In this document: positions 25,731-38,721 of the stretch, one piece after another | Position numbering within the stretch: position 1 is the stretch's first letter | Layout: every line of letters begins with the position of its first letter | NCBI GenBank assembly: GCA_032718475.1 | Contig: JAUCBJ010008830.1 | Coordinates: forward strand, 1-64,000 | DNA from: Nemertoderma westbladi | Taxonomy: Eukaryota > Animalia > Xenacoelomorpha | DNA: 64,000 nt | Reading direction: 5' to 3' | Position numbers and translations under genes: made by a program | The notes under the pieces: generated by a model | The model's database searches: none | The model's input: the letters and a program-made list of their open reading frames with translations, nothing else | Told to the model about the DNA's origin: nothing

Positions 25731-27868
25731 TGTGAAATTGATGATGCTGAAAATTACAGACCTATCTCTACCTCCCGAGTATGAGAGGGCTACTTTGCGG
25801 GAGGTGATAAACAACTCGCCGATATTCGAGGGCTATTACATTTCCGCTGTGATATTGAGTGTAACCACCGCTCATAAAAAGGCCTGCAAGTCTGCGAAGA
25901 CATCTCAACAATCACCGGCAAAAACGTCCCAAAGCCGTTTCGTACCACACCCTGGCCTTCCTACTGTAAGTTTGGATTCAATATCTATTTATACTTCAAT
26001 AGCCTTATTTTATATATCACCTGTAATATTTCCAGTATCTGCCAGTAACTTAGAGTGCAGGTACACCCATAATGTTCACTAACTAAACAAGTTTATTTCT
26101 GGTTATATATTTTAATCATACAGATGTCACACACCTATGCCATAATTATTTTCAATCTGACATTGTTTATCAATAGAAATAAATATTTGACGTATGTATC
26201 CTGTGTACTAAATTTGTAATAATAAATTTTCCATATAATTGGTATTGTATAATTTTTTTATTATTTTTAGGGACTTATCTTCGACTGCAACATTCGTGAT
26301 GGTACTGTAGTACCACCCATACTCTGAAGAAGTTTTTATAGATTTAATCGGCACTGGTTCGTTTGTGGCTATTCTAGAGCCGGGGTATCATGGGGGGATA
26401 TCCCACTTACAAACAATTATAACCAAACAACAGCCAGTACACCTGGCAAGACCAGCGGAGTTGCCAGCCGTAGGGACCATAATCAAGGAAATAATCAGAT
26501 CCCCCAATCTACAGGGATTTGCAATCTACTTGGAACATTTACGGCTCTCAGGGGTAGGTTGTTGATGTTTTGTAATTCATTCAACTATTAATAATAACTA
26601 ATAATTTATTATTGATAACATGTTGAATAACAGTTAATGAAGGGTTTGTTAGTGTGGTAGGTTGATTTAAAAATATACATACAAAAGGACTGACTTATCT
26701 AAACATACATTTTATTTTTTATTTTGTGTGTATGAATGAGTAGTTTAATATTATTACAATGCCAAGGGTTCGGTACAGTGGCTGCAGATAATAGGTATTG
26801 GCAGTTGAGGGGCAACTGGTTGTAAATTGAATTATATTCTTTAATCTATTTTTATTTTTTTAGACGACAATCAAGAAGGTATGTGGGGGCACAATTTGCC
26901 GCGGCCTCAAGGGCGATGTCGCTACAGGGGTGTGCGCATGTTACAGGTCAGATTTCCTGCTGTGATAGAGTATGATCCTACCCTACCCGGTAGGATAATT
27001 CTACCACATGAGTTCTCCTACAGGGAGTTATCTTCCATTTTCATTACGCCAGAATGCCGAAAGTAAGTAATTTTAATGTTTCAAGAGTATACAAATTTAA
27101 TAATAGTTCAAATTTAAGTAGTAGTACTGAACATAGTAAAGTAGAAACTAGATATTATATATTATTCATTATATTAATATAATCAAAAATTGCTATGTAA
27201 AACAATTAGGCCAACACCCTACTGGTAAACTACAAGTAATAAAATGTGAATAAAAATACCTAACAAAGCAAAATGCATTTACTTTATCAATAATATAATT
27301 AAATCTACAAATTATATATTTTTAGACAAAAACTCAGACTGTAACTCTTGACGAAGCCAGAGCTCATGTCAACCACGAAGTTCAGCTATAAGGGGACCAG
27401 GGATGGTGGGTCTTTGGCAGGGCCAAATCGGCAATGTCGGCCAACTTGGATGGTAGTTCAGTCGTGGAGCTAGCCCGGCTACGCATCACATGAGTTCCGC
27501 CGCAGCAGGGAAACTTCGTTTATGCCCTATTCGGAGGTGGTGCACCAGTGGTATAACAGCTGGCACAGAAGATTAAATAAATATATTAATTTCTTACATG
27601 AAATAAATTTAATAAAATAAAAAGCGTAGATAATCAATATTCTTTTAAATCTGCAATGTAAATGTATGCACTAGTCAATCGGATTTCAAAAATTTGTAAC
27701 ACAGCTAATAACAGTTCATTTATCCGGGGATAAATGATCATAGATAAATTCAAAATTCGAGTAGAAATAATGCCGCACAGACGACGTGGACAGCATGACA
27801 ATCTAGGTTTATCTAACATACAGTATTTAAATCCTACTAACATACATTGTGACATTGACCATCGACAC

Positions 27869-28493
27869 CACATATTACTATCCAGGGACTCACGCATACT
27901 ACGACTCGTGACTACTCATTCCATTTCTGAACTTTCTTCTACTGCTACTGTCAACTTCTACCTACCTAATAATAAATATGTCCCTACACTAAATCAATTC
28001 CCACAACTAATTTATACTTACAGGACTGCTGTCAGTATCCCATGCCAGACATTTATCTCTTTGATCACTAGCAAAGGTTTTATCAGAAACTACGTTTAAT
28101 TACGTTTAATTTATCTCTTTGGGTGGGAACGACATTTGTAAACGCAGCATGGAAGTAGATAAAGATCTACAGTCAGCCATCGCTGAGTTCCACTCAGCCA
28201 CTAACTCAAAAATTATATGACTTGAGTCGTTCCCCAGAAGAAAAAAAATCCCAAATAACCACAATGACAGACGGCTAGTACTTAACCACTGAATGCGGGG
28301 CATGGTTTAATGACAATTTTTTTGGAATTAGTGTTTAATAAGACAATACTACGTTACGTATGGATCAACTTTATCTGTTAAAGGATTTGTTGACCCAAAC
28401 CATTCTTTTCTAAGATAGGACGACATACACGTAAGTGACGCCTCTGAACTAAAACTATTCTATGCATTACGACAGACAGCATGTGCGGCATTA
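27869..28493 (+). pseudogene. SGNH/GDSL hydrolase domain remnant, copy 2
   Basis: Same motifs as copy 1 (ILLSRDS, GGND, DDIHV). Confidence 0.6.
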
Positions 28494-31400
28494 CATTAAC
28501 TTTCAAAATTTCTTACCAACCAAAACAGCCTTTTTCAAGGCTATGCTACCTAATGGCAGGTTCCGTACATAAGCATTCCTCAATAATATAAGCACTATGT
28601 ATCTCTCTAAATTTAAAGTAAAATGATATAGAGGACATGGTGCGTGTATTATAATAGTCAAAGAAATGTGAATGTGCAACCAGTAGCGGGATATCAGTTG
28701 ACAACTGAGAGCAAATGCCATTAAATATATGATAATAATATATGTTATAAAGTATGATAAATATATATATAAAAATAGTATGATGATAAATATATATATA
28801 AATATAGTATGATGATAATATAACTAATTCTTGAAAAATATATTAATTTCTTTGTGTATTATATACAATCTCGATAGGGTTACTTTATGCTTAATTGGTC
28901 TGCGGGGGAGTATTTTATAAGGTTCTCAAAGGTGTCTGTCAGCGGGATGGGTGGGGGGTTACAGTGTGCTCAACCGCGGGGCAAGTTTGTTTTGATTTAT
29001 TATATTTTTTTGAGGTTTCGTGTTTATTTTAAATAATTTGAATGAATGAATTCGCAATTAATAAAATATGTATAACTGAATACACATGGCTTTAATTTTA
29101 TTAAGTTATAAAGTGTTGCTCATATTGATACGTGGTACTGGAAAGCCTTTGTTAATATTAAATTATATGGTTCTGTTCAAGAAATACTCTATTTCTAGAT
29201 TTAGAAATAATTAAATCAAATAATCTTGTTAAATGGCGACAATCTAAGAACATAAACGACTTCAAGGAATATAAGTCTAGTAGGAATAAATTTACTAATC
29301 TCAATAAAAAATCAAAAAATAGATACATAAATAATAAGTAAATTGATAATAATTCAGCAAGGGATAGATGGTCCATTATAAATAATATTCTAAATAAAAA
29401 TAATAAAAGAAAATATAGCAGTTCCGTATTAAAAGACACAAATATAAGCGTGACTGAACCAAAACGAACAGCTGATTTATTTAATTGTGTGAAATTGATG
29501 ATGCTGAAAATTACAGACCTATCTCTACCTCCCGAGTATGAGAGGGCTACTTTGCGGGAGGAGATAGACAACTCCCGATATTCGAGGGCCATTACATTTC
29601 CGCTGTGATATTGAGTGTAACCACCGCTCATAAAAATGCCTGCAAGTCTGCGAAGACATCTCAACAATCACCGGCAAAAACGTCCCAAAGCCGTTTCGTA
29701 CCACACCCTGGCCTTCCTACTGTAATTTGGATTCAATATCTATTTATACTTCAATAGCCTTATTTTATATATCACCTGTAATATTTCCAGTAACTTGGAG
29801 TGCAGGTACACCCATAATGTTCACTAACTAAACAAGTTTTTTTCTGGTTATATATTTTAATCATACAGATGTAACACACCTATGCCGTAATTATTTTCAA
29901 TCTGACATTGTTTATCAATATAAATAAATATTTGACGTATGTATCCTGTGTACTAAATTTGTAATAATACATTTTCCATATAATTGGTATTGTATAATTT
30001 TTTTATTATTTTTAGGGACTTATCTTCGACTGCAACATTCGTGATGGTACTGTAGTACCACCCATACTCTGAAGAAGTTTTTATAGATTTAATCGGCACT
30101 GGTTCGTTTGTGGCTATTCTAGAGCCGGGGTATCATGGGGGGATATCCCACTTACAAACAATTATAACCAAACAACAGCCAGTACACCTGGCAAGACCAG
30201 CGGAGTTGCCAGCCGCAGGGACCATAATCAAGGAAATAATCAGATCCCCCAATCTACAGGGATTTGCAATCTTCTTGGAACATTTACGGCTCTCAGGGGT
30301 AGGTTGTTGATGTTTTGTAATTCATTCAACTATTAATAATAACTAATAATTTATTATTGATAACATGTTGAATAACAGTTAATGAAGGGTTTGTTAGTGT
30401 GGTAGGTAGGTTGATTTAAAAAGATACATACAAAAGGACTGACTTATCTAAACATACATTTTATTTTTTATTTTGTGTGTATGAATGAGTAGTTTAATAT
30501 TATTACAATGCCAAGGGTGTACAGTGGCTGCAGAAAATAGGTATTGGCAGTTGGGAGGCAACTGGTTGTAAATTGAATTATATTCTTTAATCTATTTTTA
30601 TTTTTTTAGATGACAATCAAGAAGGTATGTGGGGGCACAATTTGCCGCGGCCTCAAGGGCGATGTCGCTACAGGGGTGTGCGCATGTTACAGGTCAGATT
30701 TCCTGCTGTGATAGAGTATGATCCTACCCTACCCGGTAGGATAATTCTACCACATGAGTTCACCTACAGGGAGTTATCTTCCATTTTCATTACGCCAGAA
30801 TGCCGAAAGTAAGTAATTTTAATGTTTCAAGAGTATACAAATTTAATAATAGTTCAAATTTAAGTATAAGTAGTAGTACTGAACATAGTAAAGTAGAAAC
30901 TAGATATTATATATTATTCATTATATTAATATAATCAAAAATTGCTATGTAAAACAATTAGGCCAACACCCTACTGGTAAACTACAAGTTAGTAAAATGT
31001 GAATAAAAATACCCAACAAAGTAAAATGCATTTACTTTATCAATAATATAATTAAATCTACAGATTATATATTTTTAGACAAAAACTCAGACTGTAACTC
31101 TTGATGAAGCCAGAGCTCATGTCAACCACGAAGTTCAGCTATAAGGGGACCAGGGAGGGTGGGTCTTTGGCAGGGCCAAGTCGGCAATGTCGGCCAACTT
31201 GGATGGTAGTTCAGTCGTGGAGCTAGCCCGGCTACGCATCACATGAGTTCCGCCGCAGCAGGGAAACTTCGTTTATGCCCTATTCGGAGGTGGTGCACCA
31301 GGTGGTATAACAGCTGGCACAGAAGATTAAATAAATATATTAATTTCTTACATGAAATAAATTTCAATATGAAATATCAATATAATATATTTTGATCAAA

Positions 31401-32207
31401 TTATAGCACAACAAACAATGGCTAGTATCAGTGGACAAACCTACTGTATAACTATACATACAATGTTATACACACGTTGGCAGGACGAGGACAATAAAAC
31501 TCAGTATTGTGTAGCCAGATCAACCCCCCGCAGACCTGCCCCATCCCCAAAGCCTGACCCGCGCCAAGACCGTCGACCACCTCTGAGGCAGAGAGAATTC
31601 GATCGGAGGAGGGCGAATTGAATCCTCCGGCGAACTCCACCCTGCACACAGGCAAGGCCCCTCTCGGCCATCCCAGCTTGTCTCGAGACGACATGAAATA
31701 AATTTAATGAAATAAAAAGCCTAGATTATCAACATTCTTTTAAATCTGCAATGTAAATGTATTATGTACTAGTAAATGTACTAGTAAATCGGATTTCAAA
31801 AATTTGTAACACAGCTAATAACAGTTCATTTATCCGGGGATAAATGTTCGTAGATAAATTCAAAATTCGAGTAGAAATAATTCCGCACAGACGACGTGGA
31901 CAGCATGACAATCTAGCTTTATCTAACATACAGTATTTCAATCCTACTAACATACATTGTGACATTGACCCTCGACACCACATATTACTATCCAGGGACT
32001 CATGCATACGATGACTCGTGACTACTCATTCCATTTCTGAACTTTCTTCTACCGCTACTGTCAACTTCTACCTACCTAATAATAAATATATCCCTACACT
32101 AAATCAATTCCCACAACTAATTTATACTTACAGGACTGCTGTCAGTATCCCATGCCAGACATTTATCTCTTTGATCACTCACTATAGCAAAAGTCACTAT
32201 AGGTAAA

Positions 32208-33235
32208 ATGTCAATTAATAATGCTCCAGTCCTTATTCTAAACGTGTATTTCCCAACCGATGATAGAACATCTGTTTCAGATGAACTACTCGAGCTTCTA
32301 AACGAAATTCAGCAAGTCATTATTTCAGAAAACACACCAAATGTGATATTGGCGGGTGATATTAATTCGGATTTTCTAAGAGACACCCGACACGTTCAAC
32401 ATGTGTCAGAGTTTATTAATAATAATAGTATGGATACATTATGGAACACATTCGATGTCGACTACACGTATCAGTTTGAAACAGAAAATGATGTTTCTTT
32501 TTCTACTATTGATCACTTCATATCAAGCGTTTCAATAATCGATCAGTGTCAGGAAGCGGGTGATTTACACCTAGCGGATAATTTATCCAATCACAGTCCC
32601 ATATATTGCAAACTAAAGGTAAATAACGGAGTTGGCTACGGTGATGACAGAGATCAATCAGCGGCGGCATCTAACCGAGTTCGATACAGTTTTAAATGAG
32701 CTTCGCCGACACAAAAACAAGAATTTCGCGATAAATTGTCAGTGATGTTGAATCAGCACAAATTAAGTGACTGCAACAGTTGGGAGTGTTCAATGTCAAG
32801 CCTTAATATAGATATGGAAAATTTCGCATTCAACATTCTAGAATCAATTAATGATGCTGCTGAGGTTCTACCATCAACTGGACGTTTTAGGCAAACTGAT
32901 GATAAGAAACGGGAGCCAATGCCGGGTTGGAACGAACACGTCCGACCATATCGCGATGATATGCGTTTTTGGTATGATGTTTGGATTTCCGCGGGAAGAC
33001 CGAGAGCTCAGAATAATCAGATATTTTTGCAATACAACCGGGCACATCTGCAATATAAATACGCTATTAAAAGGGTAAAAAAGCAGACAAACAAACTCAG
33101 ATGCAACAAACTATTATCGGCGGCGGTAAAAGGACATTTAAATCTATTTGAGGAGTTACGGAAATTTCGACAGGTAGAAAGTTTTAGTATCAATGGCGAA
33201 TCGGATCCTAAAATTATTGCAGATAATGCAGATTA
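32208..33235 (+). mobile_element. Non-LTR retrotransposon ORF2 fragment: APE endonuclease C-terminal half plus linker
   Basis: NVYFP, ILAGDINSD, STIDHF, LSNHSPI endonuclease motifs, then MPGWNEHV..FWYDVW..AGRPR linker; one stop; truncated before the RT. Confidence 0.85.
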
Positions 33236-33240
33236 CTGGC

Positions 33241-33482
33241 GTACCTCTCCCTTATGACGAGGAGATTGCCAGCACCCCTCCGCCTCTGCCAACACACCAC
33301 AACCGGATTCTCCGTCATATATTGGCGCTTCGCCCGGTTCGGGACACCAGTCCACCATTGGACCACTGAAGAAACTAATCGAAAGTCAGGTCATCGCCTG
33401 GGGTGCGACCCTAGACAATGTTGACGATGTTGCAGAAATAAAAAGAAAAATTCTGAAAGTATCAGAAATACTATTATCTTAA
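33241..33482 (+). CDS. Orphan peptide fragment homologous to 16859-17155 (not in the ORF track)
   Basis: Manual translation: VPLPYDEEIASTPPPLPTHHKPDSPSYIGASPGSGHQSTIGPLKKLIESQVIAWGATLDNVDDVAEIKRKILKVSEILLS*. Confidence 0.6.
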
Positions 33483-33640
33483 TAACTCAAATTATATTAC
33501 ACAGAAATGTACATGCATGTTGGATTGTAGGCCTAGTGTATTATGTTTGATTGCGAAAATGTGTAAAATTTTCTGCTCGCTTCATTCGCTCACATCACTA
33601 AATATATATAGGTGCACCCTCCACCCCGCTTATCTCGTAA

Positions 33641-34073
33641 CTTTCATTTTTATTTTAATTTTCTTGGGATTTCTCAACTCTAAATAACAGGCCATGACAA
33701 GGACCTACAGTCTAGCTTTCAAAATAATCGCACCATGGTAATCTGAAGTAATGGTATTGATATGGTACCTCTTCCTTCTGTAGTTGCCAATCCTACACCT
33801 TAAAGGTACAAAACTGTAAATCAAAACTCAAATTACATAAACAGCAAAACCTTCCTTTATTCATATCTCTGTAGTTTAAATCTGGGAAAGAGTTTTGAAT
33901 AACTTCAATAACTAAAATTGAAACAAAATATTAATTAAAACAAAATAACACTGATATATGCATGTATATATATACAGTATAACAATATATAGTTATTAAC
34001 ATCTTGCCAATTTTATAATAAAACTAGCTCATAGCTGCCTAGAATCTGGTTTTACTTGCCATTTTTAGGTACA
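33641..34073 (+). repeat. ~430-bp direct repeat, copy 1 (copy 2 = ~42462-42796 + ~44160-44263, split by an RTE)
   Basis: Near-identical sequence from CTTGGGATTTCTCAACTCTAAATAACAGG to CCATTTTTAGGTA at both locations. Confidence 0.9.
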
Positions 34074-34139
34074 GATACAGATCTTATCGCCAATTTTATA
34101 TAAAAAGGATTGACTTGCAATTTTTTATAAATCTTATTC

Positions 34140-34933
34140 CACAAACACGACCACAAATTTACCACGGATTGGGTTGTGGGCCTAAAAGAAATACAATATG
34201 TATCAACTTATAGGAATATTGAGCAAAGATCCGGAATTAAAATTGGTGAATACATGGAAGATGTGGATATACCATTCCACATTGCCCCGTATAATCTTAT
34301 TGAAATCGATCTTAATCATGGGCTGTATGCTTCCGTGAGTCAATTATAAATTATATTACCGTATATTTGAAAAAAAATTCCGTAGCACATCATGGTTTCT
34401 CCGATGTTAAGTTTAATTATCACAAGCACACATCGAAAATACATTTGCATTCTATGAAAGGACGCTATTTCCAATTCTACGGGGATTTAATAAATATATT
34501 TGGCTTATCGTCTTTAAAAAATAACATACTTGGTCTTGGCGCGTTTTGGTCAATACATTACAACCTAGAAGACAACTTACTAAGTTTAGGCTCTAGAAAT
34601 TCAGACAAAAATGGAATTGAATTTCCTGAACCCTGCGATATAACGAGGGATAGACATACAATGTTTATATATACAGATATAATTGAATCTTCCCACGTGG
34701 GGCATTCTATGGTTCCTCTTTTGCGGATAATTCCGTTAAAATGGCAACCATACTCATTTATAAGTCAAGAGTTCGAAAACACTCATTACAAACAGTTAAA
34801 AAATCAAAAATTTGTTAATACAATTAGTATAACGCTTCGTGATCATAAAGGAAAGCATATAGTGTTTCACGGTGGTAAAACAATTTTAGTTCTAGAACTA
34901 AAAAAAACAGTCGCAATTACAAAACTGGTATAA
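34140..34933 (+). pseudogene. Polinton minor capsid protein (penton/PX), copy A, 5'-truncated and disrupted
   Basis: DWVVGLKEIQY near 34166; C-terminal MFIYTDIIESSHVGHSMVPLLRII..FENTHY..ISITLRDHKG..F.GGKTILVLEL. Confidence 0.85.
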
Positions 34934-35739
34934 TGATGAATAGTTATTATGTTGTACTACCTTCAAACGCGAACCCAATAGAATTTCCACTTAATAATGC
35001 TAGCGATTTCCAAACAAATTTACAAATTCCTTTACCTATCGCTAGAGGGCAATGGTTAGTAGGTTTGACTAGTATAACCTACGTATCTAGTATTCGTCAT
35101 GATAATAGTAACATTTATATAAAGGCTATAAAAAATAAAAAAATGGATACAAGAGATGTCACTCTCCCAGAAGGGTCGTTCCTGACATTGGAAAGAATCA
35201 TTGAGTTCTTCAACAAAAGCATTATTAAAGCACAAATTAATATAGTTGATAATAGAGCGAGGTCAGGCGATACAACTATTCATTTCAAAGGGAAACAATG
35301 GGAAATATTCGTTAGCAAACGTTTGGGTGGTTACCTAGGATTAATAGAGCACGATATTGATAAATTAGGTTTCAAGTGCGTAAAAACCGACGTCGGAGAT
35401 TATAATTTGATTAGAATTAATCCGCGGAATAATAAGTACCAGTGCCATAAACATCCCGACGCAGTCGAGATACTAGACCCTAACATAAATATTCACCTTA
35501 ATTGTGTTGAATCTCAATTTGTGGACAATAACGAATATCGGCTGTTGCGCACCATACCATTAGAAGGGGAATACGGTGAAGTAATTACTAGGGAAGTCAA
35601 ACAGATATACTATAAAAAACGTAAAGTAACATCTAATTTACGCTATATATGGTCTAAATTGGTTGGGGATTCGGGTGATCTGTTGCGCTTTCATTATGGA
35701 AATTCAATATTGACGCTTCATTTTATACGAATTGACTGA
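34933..35739 (+). CDS. Polinton minor capsid protein (penton/PX), copy B, intact 268 aa
   Basis: YYVVLPSNA..FPLNNASDFQTNL..PL....WLVGLTSITY N-terminal signature; VESQFVD..RLLRTIP..YY..GDLLRFHYGNSILTLHF C-terminus. Confidence 0.9.
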   Translation: MMNSYYVVLPSNANPIEFPLNNASDFQTNLQIPLPIARGQWLVGLTSITYVSSIRHDNSNIYIKAIKNKKMDTRDVTLPEGSFLTLERIIEFFNKSIIKAQINIVDNRARSGDTTIHFKGKQWEIFVSKRLGGYLGLIEHDIDKLGFKCVKTDVGDYNLIRINPRNNKYQCHKHPDAVEILDPNINIHLNCVESQFVDNNEYRLLRTIPLEGEYGEVITREVKQIYYKKRKVTSNLRYIWSKLVGDSGDLLRFHYGNSILTLHFIRID

Positions 35740-35848
35740 GATAGTCACAATTTAATCGATGTAAATTATCTATTATTAGTCACAATTTAATCGATGTAAA
35801 TTATTTATTATTTATTATTATCTGATTATCTGAAGTAATAGCGACTAT

Positions 35849-36432
35849 ATGGATAAAGCAGCCGCGGCCGTGATTATTACCCGACGCTGGAAAACCCAGG
35901 AATAATAGTAGATTTCCAATATTATACACATCATCCACAGATCGGCCAACACCCCGTTGCAACCATTTATTTTAAAGAGTTTGCGGCTTATAATACTACC
36001 ATCAAATCATTAGAAAACGTATGGTTTATTAATGGACCACCCGCAAAAATTTTAAGTTTAAATGAATACGATCGTCTCACACAACTCGCCAATATTACGC
36101 ATCACATTAATTTTGACTACGGATTTATGGACCAAAGCGCATTTAAAATGTACATACAGGAATGGTTACAAGAAAAAAAACGGTTGGGGTTTCAAATATT
36201 AATACGAGGAATACCGAAATTATTTATTTTAAAAAATGAATTTAATGTGAATGGAACACTTCTAGAAACGTATGGCATAAACGAAAAATATGTCGATTAT
36301 GTCACCAAATGCCTTTTCCATGATTATACGGCAATAACAAATTGTGCCTACCATTCTGATAAAGAGTCTTGTTTTAATTACTGTTCTATGAAACTCGCAG
36401 TTGGTTATGGGAAATGGTTGTCATCAAATTAA
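35849..36432 (+). pseudogene. Polinton-associated hypothetical protein, possibly DnaQ/DEDD-like
   Basis: The frame from 35881 is continuous with the 36127 ORF (IIVDFQYY..IYFKEFA..GPP..HHINFDYG..NCAYH..C); one frameshift just after ATG 35849. Confidence 0.5.
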
Positions 36433-36554
36433 TGTGTATATATTTATTAATTATATTGTATTATTATGTGGTACATATATTATTTGTTGATTACACGTAT
36501 ACGTATGTAGTAAAGAATTATTATTATACGTTTTAATAAATACTCATAATAATA

Positions 36555-37086
36555 ATGTCAGATTCTAATTTGTTTAAATTATATAGCGCCCCGCAAATCC
36601 AACTGGGAAGTGGGAATTATAGCGATATACCCGTTTTTTTTAAGGGTGGAAGCATTCTCCCCGGGTTTGGCCCATCTACTGGTGTATGGAATAATAAGAA
36701 TAATAAATTTGGCCGGCGATACACCCAAAATCGTCAGCGTGGGCGCGGAATATTAACAACTGGTCTCGGTATATTAGCGCGCAAGTTAGGGAGAAAGGTG
36801 CTAACTAAAGCACTCCCCAACGCAGCAAAAGTGGCGCGGAAATACATAATACCGGAAGGAAAACGTATTTTACGCAGTAAAGCAGATGATTAGATAAATA
36901 AAGTGGCCGCGCAGTTAGAATCTTATCCAAAGACACGCTAAATCGCCCAACGGGTATACAATGAATTTACAAACCCGAAAAGTAAAAAAAAGAGGAGCGG
37001 GAAACGGCGACACCCAAGTGTGGGTATGAACGTTGGGCGCAAACGTAAAAAGCGAAATAATAAATGTCGTGAGATTTTTATGTAAC
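36555..37086 (+). pseudogene. PW / cupiennin-like basic core protein
   Basis: QLGSG and QRGRG motifs, then an amphipathic helix GILTTGLGILARKLGRKVLTKAL and an Arg/Lys-rich tail after premature stops; lies directly upstream of the MCP. Confidence 0.7.
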
Positions 37087-37092
37087 TTAACA

Positions 37093-38277
37093 ATGAGTAA
37101 ATTAGAATTATCATTATTCTCGAGTAAAACAAATCAGCGAGAATATACATCTTCACATTTTTTGGATATCTACCCGATTTCTACTCTTGACGCGAATGCC
37201 AGGCAAAAATATAAAATTACATAGGATGGTAATAGGGCTAATGACGATACAACCCTCCACCATCTCAATTACCCAGGTGGGTCTCTATTTGAAAATTGTT
37301 CGTTGTACCTAAATGAAAAGCTAGTTGAAACCTCGAATGGGTTCTATGCCTATAAGTCTACATTTCAGACATTACTGTTGACAGATGCTAATGAAAAAAG
37401 CAGTATTTTAAGAGCTGGCGGTTATGAGGATATAGATAATAATCTAGGCGGGGTACCTGTCGCTACTGGGAATGACGTTCGTGGGAATTATGTTAAATTC
37501 GTTGTGGCCCCAATTTTTTTAGACCTAACAAGCCAGGACAAATTATTGCCGCCGGGAATTAACATTTGACTTCGTATAGACCGAGTATCGAATAATTTTT
37601 TTTTGAAAGTTGAACCCCCCGCAGGATTGGTAAACCCAAGAGTTGAAATCAAGAATATTAATTTAAAAATAAAACGCCACAGGATTGATGCCGAGGTTAT
37701 GCGCGCGCATTTGTTGGGGTCACAAAAAAATGACTTTATTTATAACTTGTTAAAACAAGAAGTGAAAACCTTCACTATTGGTGGCGGACAGTCCAGTTAT
37801 ACAGAATCGAACATAATCCAAGGGAAATTACCTAAGTATATTTTGATTGGAATGCTTACCAACGCCAGCTTCAATGGGGAATTAAGCAGTAATCCGCTAC
37901 ATTTTAACCATTTCGGTTTAAATTATGCTGAACTAAACATCGACTCCCGTATTATACACGGGTATCCATATCGCCCTAACTTTCCGGAAAACAATTTTAT
38001 GTTGGAATTCGAAAGTTTAATGAACGTGTTCAAGAGCTTGAGCGGCGTATTTTGCTCGCTAACACCAGAACGGTTTCGTACCCAATTTCCTCTGATAGTA
38101 TTTGATCTTACCGCGGGAGGCGATCAAAGCCATGAGATTCAACCTAGTATACATACAAGTGGGCATTTGATTCTGAAATTTAGTAATGCACTAGTTAACA
38201 CTATTAACGTTATATTAATGGCAAGCTATGACGCTCTTCTATCTATTTCGGAAGCCAAGGAAATAATAACCGAATAA
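37093..38277 (+). pseudogene. Polinton major capsid protein (PY, double jelly-roll), with stops and a probable internal deletion
   Basis: SKLELSLFS..YPISTL; NYPGGSLFENCSLYLNEKLV..FYAYK; PIFLDL..QDKLLPPGI; GKLPKYILIGM; NPLHFNHFGLN; VFDLT. Confidence 0.9.
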
Positions 38278-38376
38278 ATAAATATCTCGCATAGTACAAA
38301 GTAAGCGAAGCCGCACCGCACCGCCTGTGGAATTAGAAAAATTATCTTAAACTTTTAATGATACGCGCACGCTAAG

Positions 38377-38721
38377 ATGTTGGACTCTATACAATTAGCG
38401 AAATTCCCGATGGGGCCCGAATACATCGGTGTTTACGCAATCGACCAATTACACCTAATACACGCAAAAAAAAATAAGCATAAACAAAATTATTCATTTA
38501 TTATTAATAATCAACGTATAGGCCTACCTGGGCAAAACTGGTCTTGCGTACGCGTGGTTAACAGAATTGCTTATTATTTAGATTCGTTTGGTAAAGCCCC
38601 ACCACCGAAAATATCTTATTGGTTGTATAAATATCCCCAAAGGCATACTTGGAATCGTAAAATATTTCAAGCGCAGCAATCGACTCAGTGTGGTCTATTT
38701 TGTCTGTATTATTTAACCTAG
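38377..38721 (+). pseudogene. Adenain-like (C5) cysteine maturation protease
   Basis: IGVYAIDQL..FIINN..PGQNW..YYLDSFG..Q...STQCGLFCLYYL; the catalytic His position reads Asn; premature TAG. Confidence 0.85.

Larger units (their letters stand above)
21490..32190 (+). repeat. Tandem segmental amplification: copy 1 ~21490-25769, copy 2 ~25770-29526, partial copy 3 ~29527-32190
   Basis: Near-identical ORFs recur (MAILEPG at 22085/26365/30110; MWGHNLP at 22601/26881/30627). Exon-like GC-richer blocks are bounded by GTAAGT and T-rich AG. Confidence 0.95.

Noticed and set aside
25392-25814. Hydrophobic minus-strand ORF (also 29158-29667) as a membrane protein
   Set aside because: Antisense of the A-rich LINE ORF2 fragment.
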